Under the pieces are notes generated by a model, which was not told the origin of the DNA, searched no databases, and worked only from the letters and a program-made list of their open reading frames with translations. A stretch of DNA of 64,000 nt from an uncultured Planctomycetota bacterium (lineage in GTDB: Bacteria; Planctomycetota; Planctomycetia; Gemmatales; Gemmataceae): positions 96,001 to 160,000 of the forward strand of contig CAWKHF010000001.1 in NCBI GenBank assembly GCA_963849325.1. Reading direction: 5' to 3'. This document shows, in pieces, positions 20,158 through 32,196 of this stretch. The position numbers were made by a program, and so were the translations under genes. Position 1 is the stretch's first letter. Each line of letters begins with the position of its first letter.

Positions 20158-20388
20158 AAGGGAGGAGCGGGTCAACTCTCGAAGTGCGGATCGCCGGTCG
20201 CCTCACGGCCTCGACACCGACGGCTCGTTACAAGCGATAGATGGCAGGGAAGATAGGACGAACGAGTCCCGGCCGATCCATGGCGCGAAGACGTGCCGAT
20301 TCGCTCGGAGCCGAAGCGGAATCACCCCCTCGGCGTGGGCGAAATCCCCCCGTCACCGGGGGCTTGGCGCCCGGCTTCGGAGGTTCGC

Positions 20389-22233
20389 CTACAGATGAAA
20401 GGCTTCCTTCAGACAGGCCAGCGCTTCCTCGCCGCGAGCGCGATCGACGACCACGCTGACGCGCACCTCGCTGGTGTTAATCATGCTGATGTTGATGCCG
20501 CGCTGGGCCAGGGCGCCGAACATGCGGCGGGCGACGCCGGTGTGCGTGCGCATGCCGACGCCGAGCACGAACAGCTTGGCGATGTCCGGCGTCGGCCGCG
20601 ACGCGCGCGCCGGGATCGATCGGCGGCGACCACCGTCGCGCGTCACGTCCAGGGCGCGGTCGAGGTCGGCCTGCGGCACGCTGAACGACAGCTCGGCCCG
20701 GCCGGCCGCTCAGGTTCTGCACGATCATGTCCACGACGATGCCGCCGGCGGCCACCGCCTGGAAGACGCGCGAGCAGCTGCCCGGCTGGTCGGGCAGGTC
20801 GAAGACGGTGATGCGGCCCTGGTCGGTCGCCAGCAGCACGTCGCTGACGACGATGTCCTCCATGCTGGCCAGCTGCTGCGTCAAGGCGGCCAGGTCGCGG
20901 CCGGGCTTCGGCGCCACCGCGCCGCCGGGACGGCGCTGGAACTGGCCGGCTGCCCGTGCCGCCGGGCCGTGCCCGCGCCCGGACGCGGCTGATCCAGGCC
21001 GAACGCCTGATGGACCGCCCGCAGCGCCTTGACGCCGTCGGCTTGTGTCCGACCAGCACGGAAATCTTGATGTCGCCGGTCGTGATCATCTTCATGTTGA
21101 CGTTCTCGGCCGCCAGGGCCGCGAACATCCGCTCGGCCACGCCGGTGTGCGTCCGCATGCCGGTGCCGACGATCGACACCTTGCTGACCTCCTCGTCGTA
21201 CTCGACGCGTGGCGCCCAGCTCGGCGGCCAGCGGCCGCAGCACGTGCCAGGGTCGTCCGGCAGCTCGTTGCGCCAGCACGGTGAAGCCGATGGCCGCCCG
21301 GCCGCCGCTGCCGACGTTCTGGGCGATCATGTCCACGACGATGTTGCTGCTCGGCGATGGCGGCGAAGACGCGATGGCTGACGCCCGGCTGGTCCGGCAC
21401 GCCGTTGAGCGACGACGCGGGCCTCGTCGCGGACCATGGCGGCGCCGCAGACGACCACGTCGCGCATCCAGTCCGCCTCCGGCACGATCCAGGTGCCCTC
21501 GGCGTCGCTGAACGAGCGAGCGCACCTGAACCGGCACGTCGAACTTCTTGGCGAACTCGATGCTGCGCGAGTGCATGACGCCGGCGCCGACGCTGGCCAG
21601 CTCCAGCATCTCGTCGTAGCTGATGGCGTCCATCTTGCGCGCCTCGGGCACGATGCGCGGGTCGGTGGTGTAGACGCCGTCCACGTCGGTGTAGATCTCG
21701 CAGTCGACGTCGCCGTTGCCCGGCTGGGCCGCATCGTGCTTCATGACGGCGGCCAGGGCGACGGCGGTGGTGTCGGAGCCGCCGCGGCCGAGCGTGGTGA
21801 TGTTGTAGTTCTCGTCGATGCCCTGGAAGCCGGCCACGATGACGATCTGGCCCTCGTCCAGGGCCTGGCGCATGCGGGCCGTCGAGATGCTCTTGATGCG
21901 GGCCTTGGTGTGCGTGCTGTCGGTGACGATGCCGACCTGGGCGCCGGTGAAGCTGATGGCCGTCTCGCCGAGCGTCTGAATGGCCATCGCCATGAGGGCG
22001 ATGGAGATCTGCTCGCCGGTGGACAGCAGCATGTCCATCTCGCGGGCCGGCGGCTGCTCGCTGATCTCGCGGGCCAGTTCGATCAGCTCGTCGGTGGTGT
22101 CGCCGCGGGCGCTGACGACGACGATGACCTGGTTGCCCGCCTGCTTGGCGCGGATGGCCCGCCGCGCCGCCGCCATGATCCGCTCCGCGTTCGCCACGCT
22201 GGTGCCGCCGAATTTCTGCACGACCAGACGCAA
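20389..22233 (-). CDS. lysC: Aspartate kinase with multiple ACT domains (frameshifted)
   Basis: [31 protein letters not shown]; two [12 protein letters not shown] motifs; TTG start. Confidence 0.92.
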
Positions 22234-22249
22234 GGGTAGATCTCCAAAA

Positions 22250-22403
22250 AGTGATCAGCGGTCAGCGATCAGCGGTCAGCGATCAGCGATCAGCGATCAG
22301 CGATCAGCGATCAGCGATCAGCGATCAGCGATCAGCGATCAGCGATCAGCGATCGCGCAGCTTTTGTCCTTTGCTGATCGCTGACCGCTGATCGCTGACT
22401 GCT
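22250..22403. repeat. Inverted heptamer array (AGCGATC)x15 / spacer / (GATCGCT)x4
   Basis: Read directly; a few variant units. Confidence 0.95.
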
Positions 22404-22424
22404 TTCTTTGTACTTCGCCGTCGC

Positions 22425-24257
22425 TCAGGCGGCAGCGCGGCGCGGCCGGGCCTGGAGGTCGAACAGGCCGAACACGTCGTCCTCGCTCAGGCCCAGCGAT
22501 GGCGGCGGGCCGTTCTGCTCGATCAGCTCGTTGAACAGCTGCCGCTTCTTCTCCAGCACCTCGGCGATGCGTCCCTCGATGGTGCCCTGGCGTGATGAAG
22601 CGCGTCACGAACACCGGCGACTTCTGGCCCAGGCGGTGGGCGCGGTTGATGGCCTGGTCCTCGACGGCCGGGTTCCACCAGCGGTCGAACAGGAAGACGT
22701 AGTTGGTGAACTGCAAGTTCAGGCCGACGCTGCCGGTGCCGTAGCTCATCAGGATGACGTGCTTGCTCGGGTCGCTCTTGAAGCGGTCGAGGATCGCCTG
22801 CCGTTCCTTGTGCGGCACCTTGCCGTGGTACTGCAGCGGGCCGAACTGGCGCAGCGCCTCGGCCAGGTACTCCAGCGGCTCGACCCACTGCGAAAAGACG
22901 ATGGCCTTGCGGCCGCTGCTCGGCCACCTCGGCCATGTCGGCCATCGAGCTGCTCGAGCTTGGCGCTCTGCCCGGTCCGCGGGTCGAAGTTGCAGATCTG
23001 CTTGAGCCGCATGACCAGCTCGAAGACGTGCTGCACGGTGATGGTGTCGCCCAGGGCGTTGAGGTGGACGACGCCTTCCTTCTCGGCCAGGTCGTAGGCC
23101 TCGCGCTGGGCCGGCGTCAGTTCCAGGTAGGCGTCGCGGATGATGCGCGGCGGCATGTCGGTCGCCACCTCTTCCTTGGTCCGCCGCAGGATGCAGTCGC
23201 TGGTCAGGGCCGGCAGCTGGCTTGGCCGGCGTCTCCGGCGGGATGCGGTCCGGATCGACGAAGGCGAAGATGTTGACCAGGTCGTCGATGCGGTTCTCGA
23301 TGGGCGTGCCGGTCATGGCCCAGCTGCGGTCGCGGTGCAGGCTGCGCACCACCTGCGCCGTCTTCGACTCGCGGTTCTTGATGCGCTGCGCCTCGTCGAG
23401 CACCACCACGTCGAAGCGGACCTTCTCGTCGCCGACCTCGGCGGCGTCGCGGGTCAGCAGCTCGTAGTTGACCAGCTTGAGCGGGCAGTTGGAGACGTGC
23501 CAGGCGGCCCGCCGCGTCTGGGTGTCGCCGCCGATGACCTCGAAGGGCAGGTCCGGCGGCCCAGGTGCGCAGCTCGCGCGTCCAGTTGATGACCAGCGGC
23601 TTGGGGCAGACGACCAGGGCGCGGCGGATCAGGCCGGCGTGGAAGAGCAGCCGCAGCGCGACGATGACCTGCACCGTCTTGCCCAGCCCCATCTCGTCGG
23701 CGATGCAGGGCGGCGTGCCGCGGCATCAGGAAGGCGATGCCGCTTAGCTGGTAGGGATACGGCTTGAACGGCAGCGACACCTGCTTGCCGGCGAAGAGGT
23801 CCTCCAGCGGCGGCTGCAGCAGGTAGAGCAGGCGATCCTTGAACAGCACCGTCTCGCGCGGCGGCCGCAGCCGCGTTCGCCCTGGCTTGCTCGGCGGCTC
23901 AGACCCTTGCTCCGCCGGAGGAGTCGGTTCCGGCTCCAACTGGGCCAGGCGCGGCTTCGTGGCCGACGCGATTTGATCGGGCGGCGTCGGAAAACGCCAG
24001 CCCTGCGTGGTCACGTCCATGCCGAGCTTGCCCAGCGGCCGTATCCACGGCGGACTGTTCAGGAGCGTCGCTTGCCGGACCGTCACCTCCAGCGGCCGAT
24101 CGAAACGCGGGAGGGTCCGCACTTCCACGGACAGCGCCAGGTCGATCTCGTCAATCGAGATGGACGGCAGCGCTTCGTCCGGGGAGGGAACCTCGGACGA
24201 TGGCCCGCCCGTCGCGGACTCAACCCAAGTATTGGTCTCGGCTGGTGTCGGTATCAT
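22425..24257 (-). CDS. SNF2-family (SWI2/SNF2) helicase (frameshifted)
   Basis: [48 protein letters not shown]. Confidence 0.92.
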
Positions 24258-24630
24258 TCGGTGCGCGAACTATCCGCGAGAATCGATCTCCGTCGATAAA
24301 ACCGGCAAGTCGGGAGGCGCCGGCAGTCTGGCGAAGCGCCGGCCTCCAGGCACCTCATAGATTCGGGTCGGAGAGGGGGAAGACTTTAAGGACGATTGCC
24401 TACGTTCCTTTCACGAATCAAGGTAACTCCAGGGCCGCTTTCAAGCAGGCATTCAACTGCCGTACTGCTGCGGGTAGAACGACAAGGAGGGGTCATCCCG
24501 GCAAGTCCTGGATCCCAGTCCGCATCTGCCCGAGATGGGTCCGTGTGAGGATCGGCGACTCGTGGTGGAGCTTCCGACAATGGCGTATAATAAGGGAGGA
24601 CTACCTATCGCCTGCGGGGAGGCCCAATGC

Positions 24631-25293
24631 ATGAGCTACCGTTCTCTCTCCCGTCCTCGGGCGATCCTGACGTTAGCCGTTCTACTTTTGGCGGGCCGTC
24701 CGGTTTGGGCTCAGCCTCAAACCACCGTGACGCCGCGCGCTGCTGCCCCGCCCGGTGGCGGCAGCCCGATCTCTCCCTTCCTGTTCGGTCCGCGCGCCTA
24801 TCCCTACCTGGCAACGGCACCGAGCAGTTTCACGCCTGCACCGTCGGCCGTCCAGATCAGCAGCGGAATTTACCGTGGACCTTCCCTGGGTTCAACCGTC
24901 TCCCCTCCTCCGGCGCTCGGTCTGAGCCAGTCGATGCAGAACCAGCCGAGGATAGGAGCGTTCGTCGGCTTTGCCCCCCTGTCCTCCCTGGCCCTGACCG
25001 ACCCGAATTCACTACTGCCCGGAGGCAATTACAAACCGACACCGGACAACCGCGCCCATATCTGGCTGCGCGTGCCGGCCGATGCCCAGGTGTGGTTCGG
25101 CGGTAAGGAGACGAAACAGACCGGCGCGTTGCGCCTGTACGATACGCCGCCCTTGACTCCCGGCGAGAAGTATCACTACGAGGTGCGCGTTCGCTGGATG
25201 AAGGATGGCAAACCGATCGAGGAGAAGCGACGCATCGCGGTTGAGGCCAGGGATTGGCTGCGCTTCGATCTCACGCCATCGACCGCTCCCTAA
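24631..25293 (+). CDS. Exported protein with planctomycete TIGR03000-type C-terminal domain
   Basis: VPADAQVWF.G..T...G..R.Y.TPPL.PG..Y.YEVR..W signature; TATAAT at 24586-24591. Confidence 0.85.
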   Translation: MSYRSLSRPRAILTLAVLLLAGRPVWAQPQTTVTPRAAAPPGGGSPISPFLFGPRAYPYLATAPSSFTPAPSAVQISSGIYRGPSLGSTVSPPPALGLSQSMQNQPRIGAFVGFAPLSSLALTDPNSLLPGGNYKPTPDNRAHIWLRVPADAQVWFGGKETKQTGALRLYDTPPLTPGEKYHYEVRVRWMKDGKPIEEKRRIAVEARDWLRFDLTPSTAP

Positions 25294-25313
25294 GGCCGCG
25301 TCCTCGAATAACT

Positions 25314-25382
25314 TCGTTTAGCCGCGACGCGCAGCGGAGCGCGGGATACTCCCGCGCTCCGCTGCGCGTCGCGGCTAAACGA
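25314..25382. repeat. REP-like palindrome, family A, copy 4
   Basis: Core identical to 19108-19196. Confidence 0.95.
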
Positions 25383-25476
25383 GGAAGTCATTCGTGGACG
25401 CATCACGCTTCCGGCTCGGACTGTTCTCGTCATCTCCGTAAGACCGGATAAAGCCGAATTTATCCTGCGGTCCTCA

Positions 25477-25504
25477 TCGACGGCCCCGCGCCAACGGTTA
25501 TAAT
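25477..25504 (+). promoter_or_regulatory. Possible sigma70 promoter of the efflux operon
   Basis: TCGACG-N16-TATAAT. Confidence 0.45.
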
Positions 25505-25760
25505 CCACAAAGGCTCGCGAATTTGAGCAAGAGTTGTCGTTGGTGGGAAGGGGGGCCGGCCGGGCGATCCCGGAAGAGCTTCCGGTCGGCCGAGGTCTGC
25601 AATAAATGCGATTTCATAAGACTTCGCGGCCCTTTACCGATAAGAAATAGACGTGATAATCGGCAGAGCAGGCAGGACCATCATTGGGGAACGACAAAAG
25701 AAGATGACTGGGCAAATCGGTCGAGCTACCACCTGTCCGGCGTGGGATAGGAGATTCAGG

Positions 25761-27158
25761 ATGCGGTCAAGGCTTATTCCGCGGGATGCTCCGCTCGGAT
25801 GTGTGTGGATCCTGCTGGGCCTGCTCGGCCTGATCCTGAACACGACTTCGGCATCCGCCCAGTCGGCCTCCAGGAGCCTTCCACCCCCGATGCCGCCGGC
25901 CGGCGCCGCCGAGGAAGCGCCGCCGCCCCGGCGGGCGAATTCCCCGACCGACGCCGCGCCCTCCCTGCCCGTCCTGTCGCTGGCGGACGCCCTTCGCTGG
26001 ACCATCGAGCATAATCCGCAGTTGGCCCTCGTGCGCAAACAACGAGGCATCGCCCAGGCCGGTATCGTCATCGCCAAGACGTATCCCTTCAATCCCATTA
26101 TTCAGGACTTCGTCTGGGGTTCGATGGGACCGTATCCGGCCGTCACCAATCGCGTCTTCAACGAGCACACGACGCGGTTGGACCTGGAGTTGCGCGGCCA
26201 GGGCAAACATCGGCGGACCCAGGCGCAGGCGGCCCTGTCGCGCACCGAGTGGGAAATCGCGGCCCAGGAAGTCCTCATCGCCATTCAGATGGTGCGGGCC
26301 TTCGATACGGTGCTGTATCGCCAGGAGAAGCTGCGCATCCAGGAGGACATGCTGCGCCTGCAGGGGCAGGTGATGGAAAAGGTTGAGCCGTTGGTTCAAC
26401 AGGGCCATCTGCCGCGCACCGAATTGATGCTGGCGCGGGCGGACCTGGTGGATGCGAAAACCGCGTTGGGTCCGGCCCGCAATCAGCTGGTCGTGGCCGG
26501 CAACGATTTGCGTCGCCTGCTGGGCATGGTGGACGAAAACTTGACGCTGGATGGGACACTGGAAACGTCTCCTCCCAAGCTGGAAGCGGCGGAGTTAGTG
26601 GAGGAGGCCAAGCAGCGGCGGCCCGATCTGCGTGCCCTGGAGGTGGCCGTCAAGGAAGCGGAGGCGGCGCTGCAGCTGCAGATTGCCAACCGCTACGGCA
26701 ATCCTTCTCTCGGTCCCGCCGCCGAAGTGAACGAGACCAGTGTCGCCTTCGCGGGCATGTGGCTCATCTGGAGTCCTCCCGTCTTTAATCGACGCAAGGG
26801 CGAAATCATGCAGCGACAGGCCGACGTCGCACGGGCCATGCAGGCCGTTCGCTCCCTGGACGTCACCATTCAGCAAGACGTGTACGCGGCCCTGAGTCGG
26901 CTGGACTCCGCTGTCGAGTTGGTCCGGACGTTTCGCACGGAGACCATCCCGGCCGTGGAAAGCGCCCGCGAGGGGTTCGATCAGTTGTTCGCGCGGGGAG
27001 AACCCAATGTGACCCTCGCCCGCGTCATCGCCATTCGCCAGCGCTTGATCCAGACGCGCAGCTCCTACCTCGACGCCCTGTTGGAATTGAGTCAGGCGTG
27101 CGCCGACCTGGCCGCGGCCATTGGCGATCCGTCCCTGGCGCTGCCGCTCCCGAAATAA
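25761..27158 (+). CDS. TolC-family outer membrane efflux protein
   Basis: LSLADAL...HNPQL, RRPDLRA, PVFNRRKGEI; first gene of an RND operon. Confidence 0.88.
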   Translation: MRSRLIPRDAPLGCVWILLGLLGLILNTTSASAQSASRSLPPPMPPAGAAEEAPPPRRANSPTDAAPSLPVLSLADALRWTIEHNPQLALVRKQRGIAQAGIVIAKTYPFNPIIQDFVWGSMGPYPAVTNRVFNEHTTRLDLELRGQGKHRRTQAQAALSRTEWEIAAQEVLIAIQMVRAFDTVLYRQEKLRIQEDMLRLQGQVMEKVEPLVQQGHLPRTELMLARADLVDAKTALGPARNQLVVAGNDLRRLLGMVDENLTLDGTLETSPPKLEAAELVEEAKQRRPDLRALEVAVKEAEAALQLQIANRYGNPSLGPAAEVNETSVAFAGMWLIWSPPVFNRRKGEIMQRQADVARAMQAVRSLDVTIQQDVYAALSRLDSAVELVRTFRTETIPAVESAREGFDQLFARGEPNVTLARVIAIRQRLIQTRSSYLDALLELSQACADLAAAIGDPSLALPLPK

Positions 27159-27159
27159 T

Positions 27160-27250
27160 AGTTCTGAGTTCTGAGTTCTGAGTTCTGAGTAAAAAGACCT
27201 CGGGATCCTCCGACTCAGAACTCAGAACTCAGAACTGGGAACTGGGAAAT
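27160..27250. repeat. Inverted heptamer array (AGTTCTG)x4 / spacer / (CAGAACT)x3 plus 2 variants
   Basis: Read directly; lies inside the efflux operon. Confidence 0.92.
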
Positions 27251-27268
27251 TGTGCTGGAGCCGTACTC

Positions 27269-28562
27269 ATGAAGCCACACCGTTTGGGTTTGCTCTTCGT
27301 CACCGGCCTCTTCGGTCTCGGTCCCCTGGGTTGCCACAAGGCGTCGCCACCGCCGGAAGAGGAGGTCAAGGCGCCCGTCAAGGTCGTGACGGCCCAGCGC
27401 GTGTCCCTGGGCGAGCACACGGAATTGCTCGGCGCCACGCAGACCTTGCCGCAGCACGCCGCCCGCGTCACCGCTCCGGTGGAAGGCCATGTCCTGTGGG
27501 CGTTGAGCGATGGCTCCGGCCCGGCCGTGGTCGAGGGCCAGCACGTCGAAAAAGGGCAGGTGATCGTGCAACTGGACGATCGCATCATTCGGGCCAACCG
27601 TGCCAAGACGGAGGGCATGTTGGAAGACCTGCGGGCGCAGAAACGGCAGGCGGACATCGCCGTGCAACTGGCCCAGCTGGAGCGCGATCGACTGGAGACC
27701 CTTCTCCCCGGCGGCAACGGCGCCATCCCCCTGGTGTCGAAGGTGGAGCTGGAGAAAGCGAGCCTGCTCTACAAAGACGCCGAGGCCAAGCGAAACGCCG
27801 TCCTGGCCAAGGAGAAGTCCTTGCACGCCGATCTCGACGTGCTGGACGTGCAGCTGGAATTCCACAAATTGCGCGCCCGATCGCGGGCCGACTCGGCACC
27901 GTCCAGGCCGTGCCGGGACAGACCCTGCCCATCGGCACCTCGGTAGCCGACGTGGTTGATCTGCGGGAAATCGATGTCGTCTGCGTCGTCCCGCCCGACA
28001 GCGCCGCCAAACTCGCCCTCGGCCAGTCCGCCCGGCTGGAGATGAATCAGGGTCCGGCGCTCTCCACGAGTCCGGCCCCGAGGGTAAGGTGGTGTTCATC
28101 GCTGTCCAAGCCCAGGCGGACACGGGCAATTTTCTCGCCAAGGTCCGCTTCCCCAATCCGGACCTGCGTCTCCGCGCCAACATGGTCGTGCGCGTCCAGG
28201 TGTTGACGCAGCCCGAAGAAGAACGGCTGACCATCCCCGAAGCGGCCGTGATGGAGGACCTGAATCAGCCCTTCGTCGTCGTGGTCGAGGATGTCAAGAC
28301 GGAGAAGGACAAGGAGGGGCACGACCAGAAACTCGGCGAGGCCCGCAAGCTCCAGGCGGTCCTCGGTATCCGCGACCGCGAAAAACACCTGGTAGAGATC
28401 CTCGGCCTGGAAGACCCGGAGAAGAAAGAGAAAGTCCCCTTGGACGATCTTTTATTCGTCATCGAGGGCGGCCGCGGTTTGCACAATGAGGATGCCGTGC
28501 GCGTGGAAGAACCCGAGGGCAAGGAAGAAGCGGACGGCAAGGAAAAACCGGCGGACAAATAA
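27269..28562 (+). CDS. RND efflux periplasmic adaptor subunit (lipoprotein; frameshifted)
   Basis: Lipobox LGC; VVEGQHVEKGQVIVQLD; FPNPDLRLRANM; IPEAAV. Confidence 0.88.
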
Positions 28563-28579
28563 AGGACGATTTCCCTCCG

Positions 28580-28637
28580 ACTAGCCCGAAGCGCGAGCGA
28601 CGGGTCTTTCCGCCCGTCGCTTGCGCTTCGGGCTGGT
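28580..28637. repeat. REP-like palindrome (AGCCCGAAGCGCGAGCGACGGG arm)
   Basis: Inverted arms; related to 8637-8695. Confidence 0.85.
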
Positions 28638-28661
28638 TTGGCAATAGAGGCGCTCTTCATC

Positions 28662-31600
28662 ATGTGGAACCTGGCATCCCGAGCGAAGCCGTACTTCGGC
28701 GCCGTTGTGCTGACCGCCGCCTTGCTGACCGCTGGCGGCATCTACAGCGCCCTACGTATGCCGAGCGGCGTCTACCCGGAAGTCACCTTTCCCCGTCTCG
28801 CCGTCGTGGCCAAGAAGCCGGGACTGGCCGTGCCCAACATGGAGGTGATGGTCACGCGGCCGCTGGAACTGGCCGTCAGCGAGGTCATCGGGGTCGAGCG
28901 TGTCCGCTCCAAGACCATCCGCGGCGGTTGCGACATCTCCGTGGACCTGGCCGCCGGCACGGACATCGCCCGCGCCGAATTGTTGGCCTGGAACCGTATC
29001 GGCGCCGCCCGCTCCTCAATGCCGCCGGACGTGGAACTGACTGTCGAGCGCATGACGCCGGCGGTCTTCCCCATCATGTCCGTGGTGCTCAGCGGCGGCG
29101 AGGGCCCTTCGCAGCTACGCGACTACGCCTTCTACCAGTTCGCCCCTCGACTGAAGAACATCCCCGATGTCTATCGCGTCAGCGTCGCCGGCGGCGATTT
29201 TCGGGAGATCGAGGTCGAGGTCAAGCCCGACGCCCTGCTGGCCGCCGGCCTGAGCGCCGCCGACCTCGCCGACCAGATTGGCAAGGCCCATCGTCTGGAG
29301 CCGGTCGGCCGCATCGAGCGTGGCCGAGACGCCTACACGGTCATCGTCAACACCCAGGGAAGCAGCGCCCGCGAGATCGAGGAGTTGATCGTCACGACTC
29401 ACAGCAATCAGCCGCTGCGGGTGCGCGACGTGGCCAGCGTCAAGGTGCTGTCTCAGGACCGCGTACATTCGGTCGGCTTCGCCGGGCAGGACGCCGTCGT
29501 CGCCACCATCTTCCGCAGCCCCGGCGGCAACACGCTCAACATCTCCCGGGCCGTCAAGGAGATGCTGGACCAGCAGTCGCTGCCGGCCAACGTCAAGGCG
29601 ACGGTCGTTTACGACCAGGCGCGCTTCGTCAGCACCGCCATCGACAACGTGCGCGACGCCATCCTGGTTGGCGGCCTGTTCAGCATCCTCATCCTGCTGG
29701 CGTTCCTGCGCAGCTGGCGCGCGACGCTCATCTCGGCGCTGGCCATCCCGACGACGTTGGCCATCACCTTTCTGTTCCTGCACTGGTATGGCGAAACGCT
29801 CAACCTGATGTCGCTGGGCGGCCTGGCCGTGGCCATCGGCCTCATTATCGATGACACTGTGGTCGTCATCGAGAACATCGCTCGCCATCTCGCCCCGGCG
29901 AAAAGGGTGAAGGGCGAGGCCGCCTCTCTCTCCGGGAACGGCCAGACGGCCGCGAATGGCGAGGCAACGGCGAGCGGCCAACCGGCGGCGGTCCCGGTCC
30001 CGTCCGACCCGATCGATGCGGCTTCCGGCGAAATCACCGGGGCCGTCATCGGCTCGACGTTGACGACGGTGCTGGTGTTCGTACCGCTGGCCTTCATGGC
30101 CGGAGTCTACGGCCAGTTCTTTGCCTCGCTGAGTCGGGCGCTGTCGATCGCCGTCCTCGTGTCGATGGTCATCAGTCTCACCCTGGTTCCCGTCTTCGCG
30201 GCCAAGTTCCTGGCGGGCAAGCCGATGCCCCAACCCGGCCCGATCTATCGCTTTTTCGCCAACGTCTACGAATTCTTCCTGGCCATCGCCCTCCGCTTCC
30301 CCTGGATCACCCTGACTCTCTCGGTGGCCGCCGTCTTCGTGGGTATCGTCCTCTACACCGGCATCCCCGATCCTCACCGCGAGAAGGCCGGCGACGAGCC
30401 TCTGGTTCCGGGAGTGCAGACCGGCCTGATGCCCGCCATGGACGAAGGCGCCTTCGTCGTGGACTATTTCGCTCCGACCGGCACTCCCCTGGAGCGGACG
30501 GAAGAGATGGTGCGCACCATCGAGCACATTCTGCTGGAGAACCCAGACGTGCAGGTCTACGTTCGTCGCACCGGGACCCAGCTGGGCATGTTCGCCACCC
30601 GAACCAACACCGGCGACATCCAGGTCGTGTTGCGACCGGCCGAGAACGATCCGGTCAGCCTGCTCCGCAAGCCGGTTCGTCCTCCGTTCGAGGAGATCGA
30701 GAAGGACATGATGGAATGGGGCAAGGAAGCGGCCGCAAGCAAGTACGGTTCCCATTTCAGCGAGGAACAGGCGCTCAAGGAGGGCAAGGCCGTCGTTTGC
30801 TCGAAGTATCGTCGCCGGCCGTTGAAAGCGATCATGGAGGAGATCGAGGACCACATCAAGGAGCATTACAGCGAGCATCAGCTCCAGTTCGAGCTGATCC
30901 AGATCATGGAGGATGAGCTGAACGACCTGTCCGGATCGAATCGGCCCATCGAGGTGAAGCTGTTCGGGCCGGACTACGGCGAGTTGCGACGGCTGGGGAC
31001 CGAAGTGGCGGAGATGCTGGAGACCAAGAGCAAGGAGAAGGGCGGCGGCCTGAAAGAGATCAACAGCAACGTCTTCGCCGGCAACCCCGACCTCATGATC
31101 GAGGTGGACAAGGTACGGGCGGCGAACCTGGGACTGCCGGTCCAGGAAGTGGAACGGCAGCTGAAGGCGATCTATTTCGGCCAGGTGGCCACGCAGGTCC
31201 GCGAATCCGCCGAGCGCATGACGGACGTGCGCGTCCGCTATCCCGACCGTCTCCGCTTCGGCGTGGGCGGCTTCAATCCCGAAAGCGTCCTCAGTCCGTG
31301 GATCCTTCTCCCTGGCACCGCGCCGGCGTCTTCGGGCGGGCCGACGATTGCCCTGTCGGGATTGGCTCGCGCCGTGCCGTTGTCCGCCGTGGCGCGCGTG
31401 GACCGCATCCGCACGCCCGACGAGCAGGTGCGCGAGAACCAGCAGCCGGCCGTCATCATCAACTCCGAGATCGACGAAGCGAAAACCGGCCTGGGCGCCG
31501 CCGTGAGCGACATTCGCCGCTGGATGGCCGACGTCCATATGCCTGCCGGTTATCGCTGGGAGCTGGGCGGACATTACCTCAAACAGCAGGAAGCCTTCGA

Positions 31601-32144
31601 CACCCTGGCCCTGGTCATGGTCGTGGCCGTCTTGCTGGTCTTCATCATGCTGGCCTTCCAGTTCCGCTCGGTCGTGCTGCCGCTGTTGATCTTCCTGACA
31701 CAGCCGCTCTCTCTGGTGAGCGGCTTGTTCGCCCTGTGGATCACGCATACGCCGCTGAACGTCTCCAGCTACATGGGGGCCATTCTGCTGATCGGCCTGG
31801 ACATGAAGAACGGCATCCTGCTGGTCGAGTACATCCAGCAGCTGCGCAGCGAAGGCATGGAATTACGACCGGCCCTCTTGCTGGCGGGGCGGACGCGGTT
31901 TCGGCCGATCTTGATGACGAGCCTGGCGGCCATCCTCGGTCTGTTTCCGCTGGCCCTGGGCATCGGGCCGGGCGCGCAGATGCAGCAACCGTTGGCCATC
32001 ATGGTCATCGGCGGGTTGACCGCGAACATGCTGTTCACGCGCATGGTGATTCCGGTCGGCTACCTGGTGCTGGAGAGGCGGAAAGTCTCGAAGGTGGAGC
32101 GGCCGATCCACGCTCCGGTCAGCCAGCCGGTTGCCAGCCACTAA
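28662..32144 (+). CDS. RND efflux transporter permease (AcrB/CusA superfamily)
   Basis: GLIIDDTVVVIEN, KNGILLVE, RFRPILMTS; about 1160 aa. Confidence 0.95.
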   Translation: MWNLASRAKPYFGAVVLTAALLTAGGIYSALRMPSGVYPEVTFPRLAVVAKKPGLAVPNMEVMVTRPLELAVSEVIGVERVRSKTIRGGCDISVDLAAGTDIARAELLAWNRIGAARSSMPPDVELTVERMTPAVFPIMSVVLSGGEGPSQLRDYAFYQFAPRLKNIPDVYRVSVAGGDFREIEVEVKPDALLAAGLSAADLADQIGKAHRLEPVGRIERGRDAYTVIVNTQGSSAREIEELIVTTHSNQPLRVRDVASVKVLSQDRVHSVGFAGQDAVVATIFRSPGGNTLNISRAVKEMLDQQSLPANVKATVVYDQARFVSTAIDNVRDAILVGGLFSILILLAFLRSWRATLISALAIPTTLAITFLFLHWYGETLNLMSLGGLAVAIGLIIDDTVVVIENIARHLAPAKRVKGEAASLSGNGQTAANGEATASGQPAAVPVPSDPIDAASGEITGAVIGSTLTTVLVFVPLAFMAGVYGQFFASLSRALSIAVLVSMVISLTLVPVFAAKFLAGKPMPQPGPIYRFFANVYEFFLAIALRFPWITLTLSVAAVFVGIVLYTGIPDPHREKAGDEPLVPGVQTGLMPAMDEGAFVVDYFAPTGTPLERTEEMVRTIEHILLENPDVQVYVRRTGTQLGMFATRTNTGDIQVVLRPAENDPVSLLRKPVRPPFEEIEKDMMEWGKEAAASKYGSHFSEEQALKEGKAVVCSKYRRRPLKAIMEEIEDHIKEHYSEHQLQFELIQIMEDELNDLSGSNRPIEVKLFGPDYGELRRLGTEVAEMLETKSKEKGGGLKEINSNVFAGNPDLMIEVDKVRAANLGLPVQEVERQLKAIYFGQVATQVRESAERMTDVRVRYPDRLRFGVGGFNPESVLSPWILLPGTAPASSGGPTIALSGLARAVPLSAVARVDRIRTPDEQVRENQQPAVIINSEIDEAKTGLGAAVSDIRRWMADVHMPAGYRWELGGHYLKQQEAFDTLALVMVVAVLLVFIMLAFQFRSVVLPLLIFLTQPLSLVSGLFALWITHTPLNVSSYMGAILLIGLDMKNGILLVEYIQQLRSEGMELRPALLLAGRTRFRPILMTSLAAILGLFPLALGIGPGAQMQQPLAIMVIGGLTANMLFTRMVIPVGYLVLERRKVSKVERPIHAPVSQPVASH

Positions 32145-32196
32145 AGTCGGTTGGTGTCCTCCCCGGGAGCGCGGGCGTCCCGCCCGCCCCGTTTCC

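Noticed and set aside
22250-22403. Repeat arrays as CRISPR
   Set aside because: These are contiguous 7-mers with no unique spacers, and there are no cas genes.
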